Below, one piece after another: positions 37,771-50,184 of a DNA stretch of 64,000 nt (positions within the stretch are counted from its first letter, which is position 1; the number at the start of each line of letters is the position of its first letter). A program made the translations under genes and the position numbers. The notes under the pieces are model-generated. The model was not told the DNA's origin and searched no databases. It was given only the letters and a program-made list of their open reading frames with translations. The DNA comes from Felis catus (taxonomy: Eukaryota), in the NCBI RefSeq assembly GCF_018350175.1, contig NC_058368.1, positions 229,774,001 through 229,838,000 of the forward strand, in the 5' to 3' direction.

Positions 37771-38019
37771 CTGAAACAATCACTTGTGACACAAACCAGG
37801 TACCGTTTGAATCTTTGCTTAGACTGTGATTCTTTATCCTAGAATTCAGTTGCTTTGGCGAATTTGAGAGTCATACACTGTTCATCATTTTTTAATCGTG
37901 TCACCAGAATGTCTTCTCGGCTATATTTCTTCTCGATTCAAATTGTACCATAATTTATGACAACCTTCCAAAACATAGTGTTGGAAATACAGACCAAGAC
38001 AGTTATTAAGGAACTGAAC

Positions 38020-38230
38020 GGAAGACGTGTAACATAGAGGGCAGGGTATGATTTAATACAAAGTCTCTTTCTGCTACTTACTACACGTTGCTGAGGCCCA
38101 TTTCTTCTCTTTGAAATGGAGATAACAGTGCAATCATATTGATAGTTTTTAAAGTTTACATAAAGTAATAAATGTAAAATACTTCTACGGCTACAGATTA
38201 GGTGCTACATAAATGGGCTTTATCAGTATT
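38020..38230 (+). mobile_element. MIR
   Basis: tctgctacttacta...tttcttctctttgaaatggagataacagt...ataaatgtaaaatactt. Confidence 0.6.
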
Positions 38231-38543
38231 ATATATCATTACAGGACAAATGAGGAATCTTCTAATGAGGAAAAACTTTCAACACACCGTTACTAAGCTC
38301 AATTTTTTGTTTTCTTATTTTGGGTCACTTGGTTAATTTAAAGGTGTATTTCAATGAAAATAGAATTTAAATGGCTGACGCTTAATCAGTTAGTGAATTG
38401 TGGTTTACAAAGGAGCCATGTTTTATCCGGAAGCTTCCATAGATCAATCACTGTGGTCATATATCTCAGTTTAATACTGTTAAAAAGTCCATACTGTCCA
38501 AAGTGCAGTTTCAGTGCAATCCCTATGAAAATTCCCAATGGCA

Positions 38544-38701
38544 AGGGAACCTGGGTGGTTCAGTCAGTTGAGTGTCTGACTTAGGCTCAGGTCATGATCT
38601 CGCGGTTTGTGAGTTTGAGTCTCACATCAGATTCCCTGCTGTCAGTATGAAGCAAGCTTTGGATCCTCTGTCCCCCTCGCTCTGCCCCTTGCCCATGTGC
38701 G

Positions 38702-38732
<31 letters not shown>

Positions 38733-38752
38733 AAAACATTAAAAAAAAAAAA
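38544..38752 (+). mobile_element. SINEC_Fc-type CAN-SINE in L1
   Basis: TSD aatt(c/g)ccaatggca. Confidence 0.95.
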
Positions 38753-39072
38753 AGAATTGCCAATGGCATTTTTTGCAAACACAGAAAAAAAAAATCCTGA
38801 AATTTGTGAGACCACAAAAGACTCTGAACAGCCAAAGCAATCTTGAGAAAGAGGAAAAAATGAGGGAAGCATCACAACATCTGATTTCAAACTATATTAC
38901 AAAGCTATAATAAACAGAATAGTATGATACTGGCATAGAAACAGACAAATAGACCAAATGGCACAAAATAGCCCAGAAATAAACCTGCACTTATAAAGTC
39001 TCAACTTATCTTCAACAAAAGTGTCAAGAATACACAATGGGGAAAGAATAGTCTCTTCAATAAAAAGTCCAT

Positions 39073-39283
39073 GGGGCGACTGGGTGGCTCAGTCGGTTAA
39101 GTGGCCGACTTTGGCTCAGGTCATGATCTCGCAGACCGTGAGTTCGAGCCCTGTGTTGGGCTCTGTGCTGACAGCTCAGAGCCTGGAGCCTGTTTCAGAT
39201 TCTGTGTCTCCCTCTCTCTGACCCTCCCCTGTTCATGCTCTGTCTCTCTCTGTCTCAAAAATAAATAAACGTTAAAATAAATA
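39073..39283 (+). mobile_element. SINEC_Fc CAN-SINE in L1
   Basis: TSD aataaaaagtc. Confidence 0.97.
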
Positions 39284-40534
39284 AATAAAAAGTCTTGGGA
39301 AAACTGGATATCTAGATGCAAAAGAATGAAATTGGACCTTGTCTTACACCCTGTGCAAAGACGAACTCAAAATGGATTAAAGATTTGAATTTAAGACCGG
39401 AAACTGTAAAACTCCTAGAAGAAAACATAGGGGAGATGTTTTTTGACATTGGCTTGATAACGAATTTTTTATGTGACACCAAAAACACAGGCAACAAAAG
39501 CAAAAGTAAACAAATGGGACTATTTCAGTCTAAAAACTTGGTGCACAGCAAAGGAGACCAGTGGCAAAATGAAAACACAGCCAAATATCTGATAGGGAGC
39601 TAAGAGCCAAAGTATATAAGAAGCTCATCAACTCAATAGAAAATAAACCAACAAACACACACAAAAAAACCCAAACCTGATTAAAAAGTGGTAAAGGACC
39701 TGAATATAGATTATTGCCCCAGGTACTTGAAAAGATGCTTGAAATACCGGATTATTGGGAGAATGCAAATCAAAGCCACAATGAGACATAACCTCACGTC
39801 TGTTCAGATTATATCTGCTAAGTTATCAGAAAGTCAAAAGAAAGCAAGCGTTGGTGAGAATATGGAGAAGGGGAACCTTTGTTCACAGTTGGTGGGATTA
39901 TAATTTGGCACAGCCTGATGGGGAGCAGAATGAAGAGCTCCCGAGAAACTAAAAACAGAACCACCCTATGATCTGGCCGCTCTTCTGATTACATATGCAA
40001 AGGAAGTGAAATGAGTACCTTGAAGAGATGTCTTCACTCTCAGGTTCATTGCAACATTATTCAGTAACTAAGATGGAAATAATAAGCGTCCATCAACAGG
40101 TGAATCAAGGAAATGTGGGTAAATGTATATACACACATAATTAGATATTATTAAATCTGGAAAGAAACAGGGAAATCCTGCCATTTGTAGCAATAGGGGT
40201 GAAGCTTATAGAGGTACGTTATGTTGCGTGAAAGAATCCAGGCGCAGAAAGCCAAATACTGCACGATCTCACTTATATGTGGAATCTAAAAAAGTTGGAC
40301 TCAAACTGAGAGTAGACATGGGGTTACCAGAGGCTGGATGGCAGGGAGAAATGGAGGGATATTGGTCAGAGGCTACCAACTTTTAGTTACAAGATGAGTA
40401 AGTGCTGGAGATGTTATGTATATAGCATGGTGACCATAGTTAGTGAAAAATGTATGCTTGAAATTTGCAAGTGGATCATCTTATGTGCTTTTAGCACGCA
40501 CACAAAAAGAGGCATATATAGAAAAAGAGACAGT

Positions 40535-40725
40535 TTTAGAAAAAGGTTTATTTGTCCAAGGAGAGAGAGAGCAAGCAGGGAGGGGCAGAAAGGCAGGGAT
40601 AGAGAGAATCTCTGTGCTGTTAGTGCGGAACCTGCCACAGGGCTCAATCTCACAAACTGTGAGGTCATTACCAGGGCCGAAATCAAGAGCGGGACGCTTA
40701 ACCAACTGAGCCACCCGGGCATCCC
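40535..40725 (-). mobile_element. CAN-SINE, older subtype
   Basis: gccgaaatcaagagcgggacgcttaaccaactgagccaccc; TSD aagagacagttt. Confidence 0.92.
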
Positions 40726-41021
40726 AGAAACAAGAGACAGTTTAATTTAGACATATTCTTTTCTTAAATTGTTGCTCTGAATGGAGACAAAGTGAAATAA
40801 TAGGGTAACTTACAATAAAGAAAAGGTAAGTTATGGGTGTTAAGTACTCTATATTCACTATATATTTAAATACTTATCAACTTACAAACACTATATATTT
40901 AAATACTTATCAATACTTTAATGCTGGTTGCATATCACCAAGTAGGACTTAGTATTTCTTTCTTAGGTAAAAGTTATGTAAAATGGCACAAATAAACTTA
41001 AGTGTACCATTTAATAAGTTC

Positions 41022-41131
41022 TTTTTTTAAATTTTATGTTTAGGTAATCACTGCATCCATTGTGGGGCTCGAACCCACAACTCCTCGTACAAGAGTCTTA
41101 AATGCTCCACTGGCTGAGCCAGACAAGCGCC
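41022..41131 (-). mobile_element. Short SINEC_c-like tRNA-derived SINE
   Basis: aggtaatcactgcatccattgtggggctcgaacccacaac...ctgagccag. Confidence 0.75.
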
Positions 41132-41445
41132 ACTGCCCCCCCCCCCCATCATTTACCAAATTCTGACAAGTGAGTTTTAGGCCTTTAGTTTAAATGTTAC
41201 ATATGTTTAAAAAAATCAATATGAAAATAACAGAGAACAGTGTTTTGATAAACTGATCAAAGTTATATTATCCACAAAAAAATGCATATGAATTAAAGGT
41301 ATACATAGATATTTTATTTTTATAACAACATGGAAAACATTGTCAGAGAATATCATAGACATTAGTATTTTGCCCAATAAATGGTGGCTAATTTGTGAAT
41401 TGTACAGCCCTCTGAAAGCTTAATTTACCATGGAGGACGATTTCT

Positions 41446-41459
41446 GTTGCCATGGTAAT
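41446..41459. promoter_or_regulatory. Candidate RFX X-box
   Basis: GTTGCCATGGTAAT against consensus GTTRCCATGGYAAC (13/14). Confidence 0.45.
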
Positions 41460-42249
41460 CCTGGGGCCGTCAGACTATTGCCAAATAGCCCACAAATGAA
41501 CTGAACCTGGCATTTAGTGCAAATATAGAGAGTGAGTATCTTTAAAACCCGCCTCATACAACGCCTGAAGTTTTGAGTGATTTACTCAAACTTGTTTAGC
41601 AGAAAAACAACAACTGTCTGTCTTAGTGCCACATTCACAGAAGACTTTATATCAGAGTAAGCACATTAATTTACAGACCAAATAGGAAGAATCTAAATTG
41701 AAACAATTCTGTAAACCAAGAAAGTAAATCCTGTATGTAGGGTAGATGGCCAAGAGAACTTCATCTGAAAATCTGAAACCCTTCACGAGCACATCCTAGA
41801 GAGTTGGGACTGTTGTCACAATACGAATTTACCATGGCATTTTGTAAATACAGGCAGTGCTATTAATTTTGGGACAGAAACTAATATCATATGGGTAATA
41901 TTTTGCAAGTATAAAGGTGATGCATTTTAACTTCCACCTGCAGACTTGTTCCATTCCACTATCTTCCTTCTGTTTGGGCTTTAAGGTTTCTAGTTCCAGG
42001 GAAGGAGATATTAGATACACCTAGCGTGGAGAATCAGCTTTGGCTCTCAAGTAGACTTTCTTGATCTTTTAGGATGACAGAATCATGAATGCCATGGGAT
42101 GGATAGACATGAAAGGATTTTCCTTGTCTGTAATCCCCTGTACCACACTGATAACAAGGATGGGCAGATTAGACTGTCGAGTTTCATATCTGAATCTGGA
42201 TCGGATGAGAGGTTGGGAGCTCACATCTTCTGCATCGGTCAGTGTAGGA

Positions 42250-43090
42250 AAGGGGCCCTGTGTCCCCTCTTCCATCCAGAAGTTCTGAAGGGAGGGGCCA
42301 TGTTAGATAAATATAAGAAAGAGAAAGAGAAAGCCAGTGGCTGAGGGCTATTGAGGGCTCTTTATTTAGCAGTAAGAGAAGAGCTGGCTTTGCTGTGAGA
42401 GACTGTAAGAACAGTCTCATCAAAGTAAATTGTGAAGAGTGAAGGCTTGTGCATAGCTCTCCCATGCCACCTTGAGATCCCCTTAGCAGGGCGTGAAGTC
42501 ATGAGCTGCCATGACAGGGCCCAGGAGTCTGCTGAGACTCTTCCCGGACAGTTTGCCGAAGGTGTCGCCAAGGCCAGGCAGAGGGGCCCTGAAATCCAGA
42601 ATGCAGCAAAGATTGCTTTGGTCTGGATTCATCCAGCCCTCAAGAGGATTGAGAATACCTGTTGATTCATCTGAGTTGCAGGGAAGATAATCGAGCCTTC
42701 CTAACCAGAGACTGAGAAGAGATTGTGAAGTTTCCCCAGCCTCCAGCTTCTGTAGCAAAACCTGACAGAATGCCGAGGGAGAGCACCAACAACCCTCAGC
42801 TCCCCAGCTGGTGAACAGCACCCCAACAGGGGCTGTCAGAGTGTTCAGAGTCCATGTCCCCTAGCCTTGCACCCAGCTCACGTACCAACTGGGCACCGTC
42901 TTGGGAAGGAAGAGGGGTAGGTCAGACTCTGAAATACTAAGTACTGATGATAGACATACAGGTAAAGACTCCATTCGACTATTTAAATTGTTTAATCTGG
43001 CCAGAGTCACCTCATCGTAGTAAAATTCAATTTTCCAGCCACTGATCGACCAATGGCTTCAGCTCAGGAAAATAAAAATAGTTATGGGGA
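42250..43090 (+). mobile_element. Possible ancient LTR (LTR78/79-like)
   Basis: GC-richer block ending ttcaattttccagcc...ggaaaataaaaatag, loosely resembling the recalled LTR78/79 3' end. Confidence 0.3.
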
Positions 43091-43097
43091 AAGAGGA

Positions 43098-43107
43098 TAT
43101 ATGTATG

Positions 43108-43173
<66 letters not shown>

Positions 43174-43197
43174 CACATATGTGTGTGTATATATATA
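43098..43197 (+). repeat. Compound (TA)n(CA)n(TG)(TA) microsatellite
   Basis: Directly visible, about 100 bp of alternating purine-pyrimidine. Confidence 0.95.
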
Positions 43198-43607
43198 GTC
43201 ACTCTAGTATCTTTGTTATTCCTGTAGTTTGATTATTCAAAGTATATTTATTGTATTGCGATAAAAACTGTAGCCAGTAGGTTACATGGATACAGCCATA
43301 GTCTGTGAGAAACAGGGCAAATCCTTTTGAAGTCTTTGCTTCACCTGCCTCCACTCCTCAGTGTGTCTTCAGTCAGGCCCAAATGGAGAAGAAAGTCGTA
43401 AAAACTTACTAGTTGCTGCTTCATAGCTGCAGAGACTGGATCCGCTAGAATTCAGACCGTTCCCCACAAGTTGTCAGGAGAGAAAACTACTGGAGGTTGT
43501 GCAGTTATTTTTCTCCCATTAAGAAGATAAAGACAGGCACTTGTTTCTTTTAGATTCTGTATTCCTTCTTTTCTCTCACATTCACAAAGCCTAGCATAAT
43601 ACTATTA

Positions 43608-43978
43608 ATTTTTTTAAATTTAAATTTCAGTTAACATGCAGTGCAATACTGGCTTCTGGAGTAGAATTCTGTGATTCCTCACTCACATAAACACCCAGTG
43701 CTCATCATAAGTGCCCTCCTGAGTGCCCATCACCCATCTAGCCCATCCCCCATCCACCTCCCTCTGTCAACCTTCCATTTGTTCTCTTTCATTGAGAGTC
43801 TTTTGTGGGGACACCTGGGTGCCTCAGTTGGTTAAGTGTCCAGCTTCAGCTCAGGTCGTGATCTCGCGGTCCGTAAGTTCAAGCCCCGCGTCGGGCTCTG
43901 TGCTGACAGCTCAGAGCCTGGAGCCTGCCTCATATTCTGTGTCTTCCTCTCTCTCTACTCCTCCCCCACATGTGTTCA

Positions 43979-44019
<41 letters not shown>

Positions 44020-44278
44020 AATAAAAAATAAACATGAGAAAGAGTCTCATGGTTTGTTTGCCTCTCTCCTCTTTTTCTCCCACTTCTCATTTGTTCATCT
44101 GTTTTATTTCTTAAATTCCACAAATGAGTGAAATCATATGGTGTTTGTCTTTCTCCAACTGACTTATTTTACTTAGCATAATACATTCCAGCTCCATCCA
44201 AGTCATTGTAAATGGAAGATTTCATTCTTTTTGATGGCTGAATAATATTCCATCATATATATATACCACATCTTATTT
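43608..44278 (-). mobile_element. Carnivore L1 3'UTR fragment (L1_Carn-like) with SINE insertion
   Basis: agttaacatgcagtgcaatactgg...cacccagtgctcatcataagtgccctcct...aaattccacaaatgagtgaaatcatatgg...gatggctgaataatattcc. Confidence 0.92.
43807..44040 (+). mobile_element. SINEC_Fc CAN-SINE in L1
   Basis: Full element; TSD agagtct. Confidence 0.96.
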
Positions 44279-44551
44279 ACTTAACTATTTATTGAACTCC
44301 AAGTCTACAGACATTGTTTGAAGTAGGGAGTCAGTAATGCACGTCCTTGCCCAACGTTCTTGGAAGAAGTCTTGGAAACAAATCATATCTTCTGCCCTGT
44401 GCTCATTACCTCCTCATCTACAGTTACCTGCTGAGGAGAGAAAACATGCTATAACTAAATACCTGGCATTTCCATTTTTAAGTTGACCACGTATGTACTC
44501 AAGGCTTTGTTTTAGCTGACATATGAGGTTTCCCTTTTGGATGTGTGTATA

Positions 44552-44552
<1 letters not shown>

Positions 44553-44597
<45 letters not shown>
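44553..44597 (+). repeat. (CA)n microsatellite
   Basis: Directly visible. Confidence 0.95.
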
Positions 44598-44600
<3 letters not shown>

Positions 44601-46169
44601 TTGGTACACTCATTTTATTGAACTTGCTTATTCTAGTATTTCCTTGCCACTTCAAACCAACAGAGCTTAGAGGTGAAGACTGTAGGTACTTTAGCCATTT
44701 GGCCTAGTTCAAATGAGATGCCCCCTCTCTAGCTGTGGGAACTAAACACTGGCTCATGGGGCTCATACACAGTTGGTGGAATTAATACTCTTGACGAATT
44801 AATGAATTCATGGGCATCACTATGTTAATGCTAAAGCCCTCGCAATAATGTCTAGACACATCATAATCAGTACATTTCCTTATCTCCATCTATCTGTCTG
44901 TCCCTCCCTCCTACTTTTTCATTATTGTTAATAGATTTCCATGTTGTTTAATGAGTTGGCATGTGTTTAAGAACCATGATAACCTGCCAAATTTATGATG
45001 CTTCTGTCCTCTGAAACATAATATGCTTTGATAATGGATGGAGAAGTGCAAAAAAAGAAAGTCCTATAATATATATATTTCCTTAGTCAAATTTTGAAAC
45101 TCTCCAGAGACTTTTTCTTTTTTGAGTGCAGTTATAGTTTAGTCTGTGTCCTCAATTTCTGTTTTCAGCTTATGTGCTTCTTCCCAAGCATTAATTTTCT
45201 TATTTTATAATAGTGGGGTTTTTTAGGTGTAAAGAACGTGTTTGTGCTGCTGGTCTACGTAATGCCCTAGACCTGCTTGAGCTGCATCGTGGTACCCAAC
45301 ATAGTAAACGGGCCCAGATCCCCAAGGTCAGAGCCTGTGCCTCTCTGTAGCCTCTGCCTTCCAGCATGCCCCATGGAATCCCCTGACCTCTCTGTGGAGA
45401 CATGGCGTGGAGACTCCCTGTCTTTTCAAAGAGAGAAGCTGTCTGATTTTAATAACCACACACAATTTTCATGTATTCAGTCCAGCTCGATTCTGAATTT
45501 CCATCATAGATACCCGGCAAAGCGCTCTGCACCCCGACCAGTGGGATGGAGTTGTGCCGGTGAATCACCAGCCCAGCTGGCTGTCTGCTGTCTCCTCCCT
45601 TCTCACTTTCTGCTGCCCTCGGCTTCTGCAGTGCTGGGCCCCTGGGAGAAGGCCTTAGAGGCAGAGCCGTTGTACTGATGTCAGCCAGCTGCAGGCCTCC
45701 TGTAGGAGAGGCATCCCAGATGCTAGTTCTGCCTGAACCCCTGGTCCCGGTTCTTTTCATGTGTGACACATTCACGAACTGCTGGGATTCTCTCCCCTAA
45801 ACTCTCCTGTGCACAAAAGACCCCCGAGCACATCTTATTTCTGTAGTCTCCTTGCCCCAGCATGCAGGCCTTTGGAGCAAGATCGCTCTGAAAGGCCCGG
45901 GCAACTTGTGTTTTCCCCAGGTAGCTGATGGGAAGTTCACATCTTTCTCACCAAAGAAAGGATGAACAGACTTCATCTATTCTTACCCGGCCCATGGTGA
46001 GTCTCCCACACTGTATATGTTTTCAGACTTCTCCAGGCATGAGACATGTGCCAGCCCCCAGGTGCATGTGCGGCCCCAGGCCCAGGGACACCTGCCAGGC
46101 CTTTGCAAGGGCACTCCGTGCACGCTCTATGTGGATACCAGGGTGGGCTCTTGGGCTCATGTGCTCAGC

Positions 46170-46187
46170 TGGCCAGCAGGGGGCAAT
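46170..46187 (+). promoter_or_regulatory. Candidate CTCF binding site
   Basis: TGGCCAGCAGGGGGCAAT closely matches the CTCF core CCASYAGRKGGCR, in unique GC-richer DNA. Confidence 0.55.
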
Positions 46188-47652
46188 GAGAAGCTGTGTC
46201 TCCTCCTTGCGGGTACCCCCTTATATCTCAGTGGGTACCTTGGAGATCTCATCAGTCACATGAGGGGTGGGAGGGAGACTTCCCCTCTGCTTTCCCGAAG
46301 TTAGGACCCCACCTCTTAACAAGTCTTGGAGGAGGCTGATGGCGGCTATTCAGCACTATTCAGCTGCTCTCATTAGAACCCCTGTTCTGGGCTTTTGCTG
46401 AAATGCTCAGAGGACGTGAAGAGCTCCATACCTTGTCCCGTCGTATTAACAAATTGCTGGCACAAGCCTCGTTACCTGAATGGCATACTTGATTTGGTTT
46501 TAATTAGCATTTAATGTTAAGTTTAATTCATTGGTACAGAAGCTTCATATTTTTCTATGGTTTTCAGTTAACTTAAATTTCTTTTTCATTTTCATTTCAC
46601 TGATAGCAAAGTTCACGTCATTTCCACATCTGGCTGTATATCACTCCTTAGTGATATTTGTCCTCTCTTTATGAACGTACATTTTGGAGGGATTTGGGTT
46701 TTTATATATAACTTGCAGGCATAATTCCTGCAGGTATAATTTCGCAAGTAGGATCCTGGCATCCACAAAATTCTCATTAACGAGAATCCTACAAAATGAG
46801 AGAAGAGCTTAAAAATAAGTTCATAAATAATGTTTACCTTTTACAGTAGAAGTCTGTTCAATCCGCCCTGGTCAATCATAGCTTAGTGCCAGTTGATTAT
46901 AAGAATGGAAACATCAACTCATTTATCTTGTTTAGAAATCTTAAATATGAGTCTACATTGTAATCTCACAACCAGAATTATAGTCTTACTGCTGCTATAC
47001 TTTCATTTGATATTTTATGTTGATCAAAGGCAAAAACCATGTTTGGGCTGCATTGCAGAGTCCTTTTTAGGATGAGATCCGAGAATTTCTAGCAAAATCC
47101 TTGACATTTGCCCATTAAAACTGCAGCTTGGATACGATTCAAAGCAGCTTAGCCTCACCCAACAGTAGCTTATCATTTCCTGTGTAGCTTTTCCTCTTTT
47201 CACCTGGCCGAGTGCCGTTCACTTTCCTTTTCCACACACACTGTGCTCCTCTCCATCCCATGAGCCTACCATGCTGTCACTACTGCTTGCAAACTTTAAA
47301 TTTGAGACAGATTTGCCTTCCCGTCATAGAACTATTTAAATTAGCAGCCCATGATAGTGTGAGTACATCCAGCGGTGATATCCCACATACACGGACTAGA
47401 ACTTCTGTCATCTACCACGTCTTTTAATTAAATGCAAGTCCACTGGGGACTCTGTTCTGCAACGTCAAGATGTCTCTATGCTTTATGTGAGATTTCTAGT
47501 TGTGTAGGTACGCAAAAATGCATTCTGATTTAAAAATGCATTTAACACACACCTTAAAATCTGCATTGGCATGATTTTAAATGTTTTAGGCAGCAGCTAA
47601 TTGAAGTTGGAAATGTTTCACTTTCATCAGTATTAAAAATGACATATGCTAT

Positions 47653-47878
47653 GGGGCACCTAGATAGCTCAGTCGGTTGAGCGTCCGACTTGGTCTCAGG
47701 TCATGATCTCATGGTTCATGGGTTCGAGCCCCGTATCAGGCTCTGTGCTGACCGCTCAGAGCCTGGAGCCTGCTTTGGGATTCTGTGTCCCCCCCCCCCG
47801 CCTCTCTGTCCCTCTCCTGCTCGTGCTCTATCTCTCTCTCTCTCTCAAAAATAAATAAACATTAAAAAAAGACATTTT
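47653..47878 (+). mobile_element. SINEC_Fc CAN-SINE
   Basis: TSD aaatgacatatgct. Confidence 0.96.
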
Positions 47879-48186
47879 AAATGACATATGCTGGTAATCA
47901 TAGATGTAGAAAATAAATACACAGATGATGAAAATTCATGTCAGATACATAAGCAAGCATAAACTAAAAAATCAAAAAATTATAACAATAGCATAATTCC
48001 ATTAGCAATTTTATGGTAACTAATAGATTATACTTCTCAAATAATTATTGAGAGTATTAACAGCATTTACCTGGAGCAGTGAGTAAGTGTGCTTACAGTG
48101 ACTTGTGGGAAAGCATGAAAATCATAGCCTCATTGTAAAGCCTTGTTAACATTTTGATTAAAACACTTATTTAAATGTTTGTTCTA

Positions 48187-48400
48187 GGGGCGCCTGGGTG
48201 GCGCAGTCGGTTAAGCGTCCGACTTCAGCCAGGTCACGATCTCACGGTCCGTGAGTTCGAGCCCCGCATCAGGCTCTGGGCTGATGGCTCGGAGCCTGGA
48301 GCCTGCTTCCGATTCTGTGTCTCCCTCTCTCTCTGCCCCTCCCCCGTTCATGCTCTGTCTCTCTCTGTCCCAAAAATAAATAAAAAACGTTGAAAAAAAA
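48187..48400 (+). mobile_element. Young SINEC_Fc
   Basis: Diagnostic gcgcagtcggttaagcgtccgacttcagccaggtcacg; perfect flanking repeat atttaaatgtttgttcta at 48169-48186 and 48401-48418. Confidence 0.98.
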
Positions 48401-48819
48401 ATTTAAATGTTTGTTCTAAAACAGATGTGGACTCTTCTGGAAATTGGGTGCTGACATAAAATGAGGTATAGGTACCACCAAAAATATCAGTCGCTCGGGA
48501 AGTATTTGGATATGCGTGCCAGTGCATACAAGACCCAATTAACAGCAGAAATGGTTGAATATACTTCTGTAATGAGTGGTGGAGGACGAGAGTTATTGAA
48601 GCTATTAAAATGATAAATTGAAGGGAATACTTCATGTTGTGAAGACATTCCAGGGTGGCTAAGGCAGAAGTATGTTATTTCATTTTATTCTGGAAGACCG
48701 TAGTACAAATGAGATTCTTAAAAAGCCCAATTATGCGGCTTCATTAAGGTGTACATCTGCATATGTGTGTACTTTTTTGTGTGTGTTTGGACATGGCAGT
48801 TCATATTGCTTTGACCCTA

Positions 48820-49330
48820 TAAAGCAGGGAAAAAACGCACCCAGAATTAAATAATCATAGGAATTTATTGTTTAACATATCTGAAAAATCTACTGGGATT
48901 GTAGGTTTCAAGCATGGTTTGATCAGGGCTCCATTACATGCCTGTGTAATTATTCACTTCTCCTCTCCTAAGAGGAAGCTTGATTCCAGGCTCTCTTCCA
49001 TTATCAATAAAACAAAGGCTACGACAGTTCTGAATGTCGCATTGCCAAGTACATCTGCTGGAGAAAGGAATCTTCCTTTTTTCCCTTTTGTTTCTCACCA
49101 GACAAAGGTACTCCGCTTTGCTTTTATTTTCCTGTCTTAGGTTTTGCCCACATCTGAGTTGTTCACTGAGGTCAGTGAAATGACCTGTTTGGGTCTGGTC
49201 AGATCTGGGTTACAGACCAGTTACTATGCCAGGTTTTGTTACAGTGTGGTGATCAAGTCAATTCCACACACAAGCCTTGGCCTCTGAAAAATGGACTAGG
49301 GAAGGGAACACGTGTTCGAGAGAACCCAAC
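48820..49330 (-). mobile_element. Ancient MLT1 (J/K/L-like) LTR
   Basis: aggaatttattgtttaacatatctgaaaaatc...ttcaagcatggtttgatcagggctc. Confidence 0.5.
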
Positions 49331-49502
49331 AGAGTCTGCTCTTGGGGAGAATATGAAACAGGAGACTGGAAAGATACATAGGGGCCAGGATAGTTTCCAG
49401 GCTTGCGGTTAGAGAAGGACAGAAGGACTTTGGTGTATTTCCAAAGTGACCTCTTTTCTAAAGAATATGTTTCCACAGAATTAAAAAAAATGTTCAAATA
49501 GA

Positions 49503-49705
49503 GGGGCACCTGGGTGGCTCAGTTCATTAAGCGTCCAACTTCAGCTCAGGTCATGATCTCGCAGTCTGTGGGTTCGAGCCTTTGTCAGGCTCTGTACTGG
49601 CAGCTCGGAGCCTGGAGCCTGCTTTGGATTCTGTGTCTCCCTCTCTCTCTGCCCCGCCCCACTCACGCTCTGTCTCTCTCACTCTCAAAATGAATAAATG
49701 TTAAA
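49503..49705 (+). mobile_element. SINEC_Fc CAN-SINE
   Basis: TSD aaaatgttcaaataga. Confidence 0.97.
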
Positions 49706-50184
49706 AAAAAATGTTCAAATAGAATCTAAGAATAGAAATAGGGCTGCAATAGTAAGGATTGCCAACACAGAGTAATGATAATGACATGCAGTTCTAATTA
49801 ATGTAACTAACTTGATTCCTGCCCTCAGGTGCCTTCTCATCTTCATTCAGATGTCAGTGATCTTAGGGAGGACATTTTGATCCACTCCATTTAAGAGAGT
49901 GATATCTCACTCCACAATTTCAGTTCACTTTCTCTGCTTGGTTTCTCCTACTTAGGTGGACATCTGTATTGTACTAGCTCATTTCAGTATTTAGTGTTTA
50001 TTTCTCCCTGGTAGAAGATATGCTCCACAAGGGCAGGGATATTGGACTGTTTTGAACATTTGATTGTAATGGGGCTTCCATTGGATAGTGTCTAATAAAT
50101 ACTTGATAGATACATTACCCTGTGTGTTTTTATTATGTTTTAGTTAGCACTTCAAGTGTATGAGGATGGCCATTTCACTAAAGA

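Larger units (their letters stand above)
38470..40510 (+). mobile_element. L1 (L1MA-like) ORF2 C-terminus and 3'UTR with two SINE insertions
   Basis: ORF 39316-39603 contains LTPCAKTNSKWIKDLNLRPETVKLLEENIG, resembling L1 ORF2p; gccaaagcaatcttgag, tcacttatatgtggaatctaaaaaag. Confidence 0.93.

Noticed and set aside
38481..39072. taaaaagtccat repeated at 38481 and 39061
   Set aside because: A 12-bp AT-rich match inside one L1, each copy derivable from local L1 sequence; likely coincidence
39316..39603. ORF with real protein similarity
   Set aside because: Degenerate L1 ORF2p remnant with frameshifts and SINE interruptions
40817..40831. Perfect donor AAG/GTAAGT
   Set aside because: All three upstream frames hit stops quickly and no good acceptor is nearby
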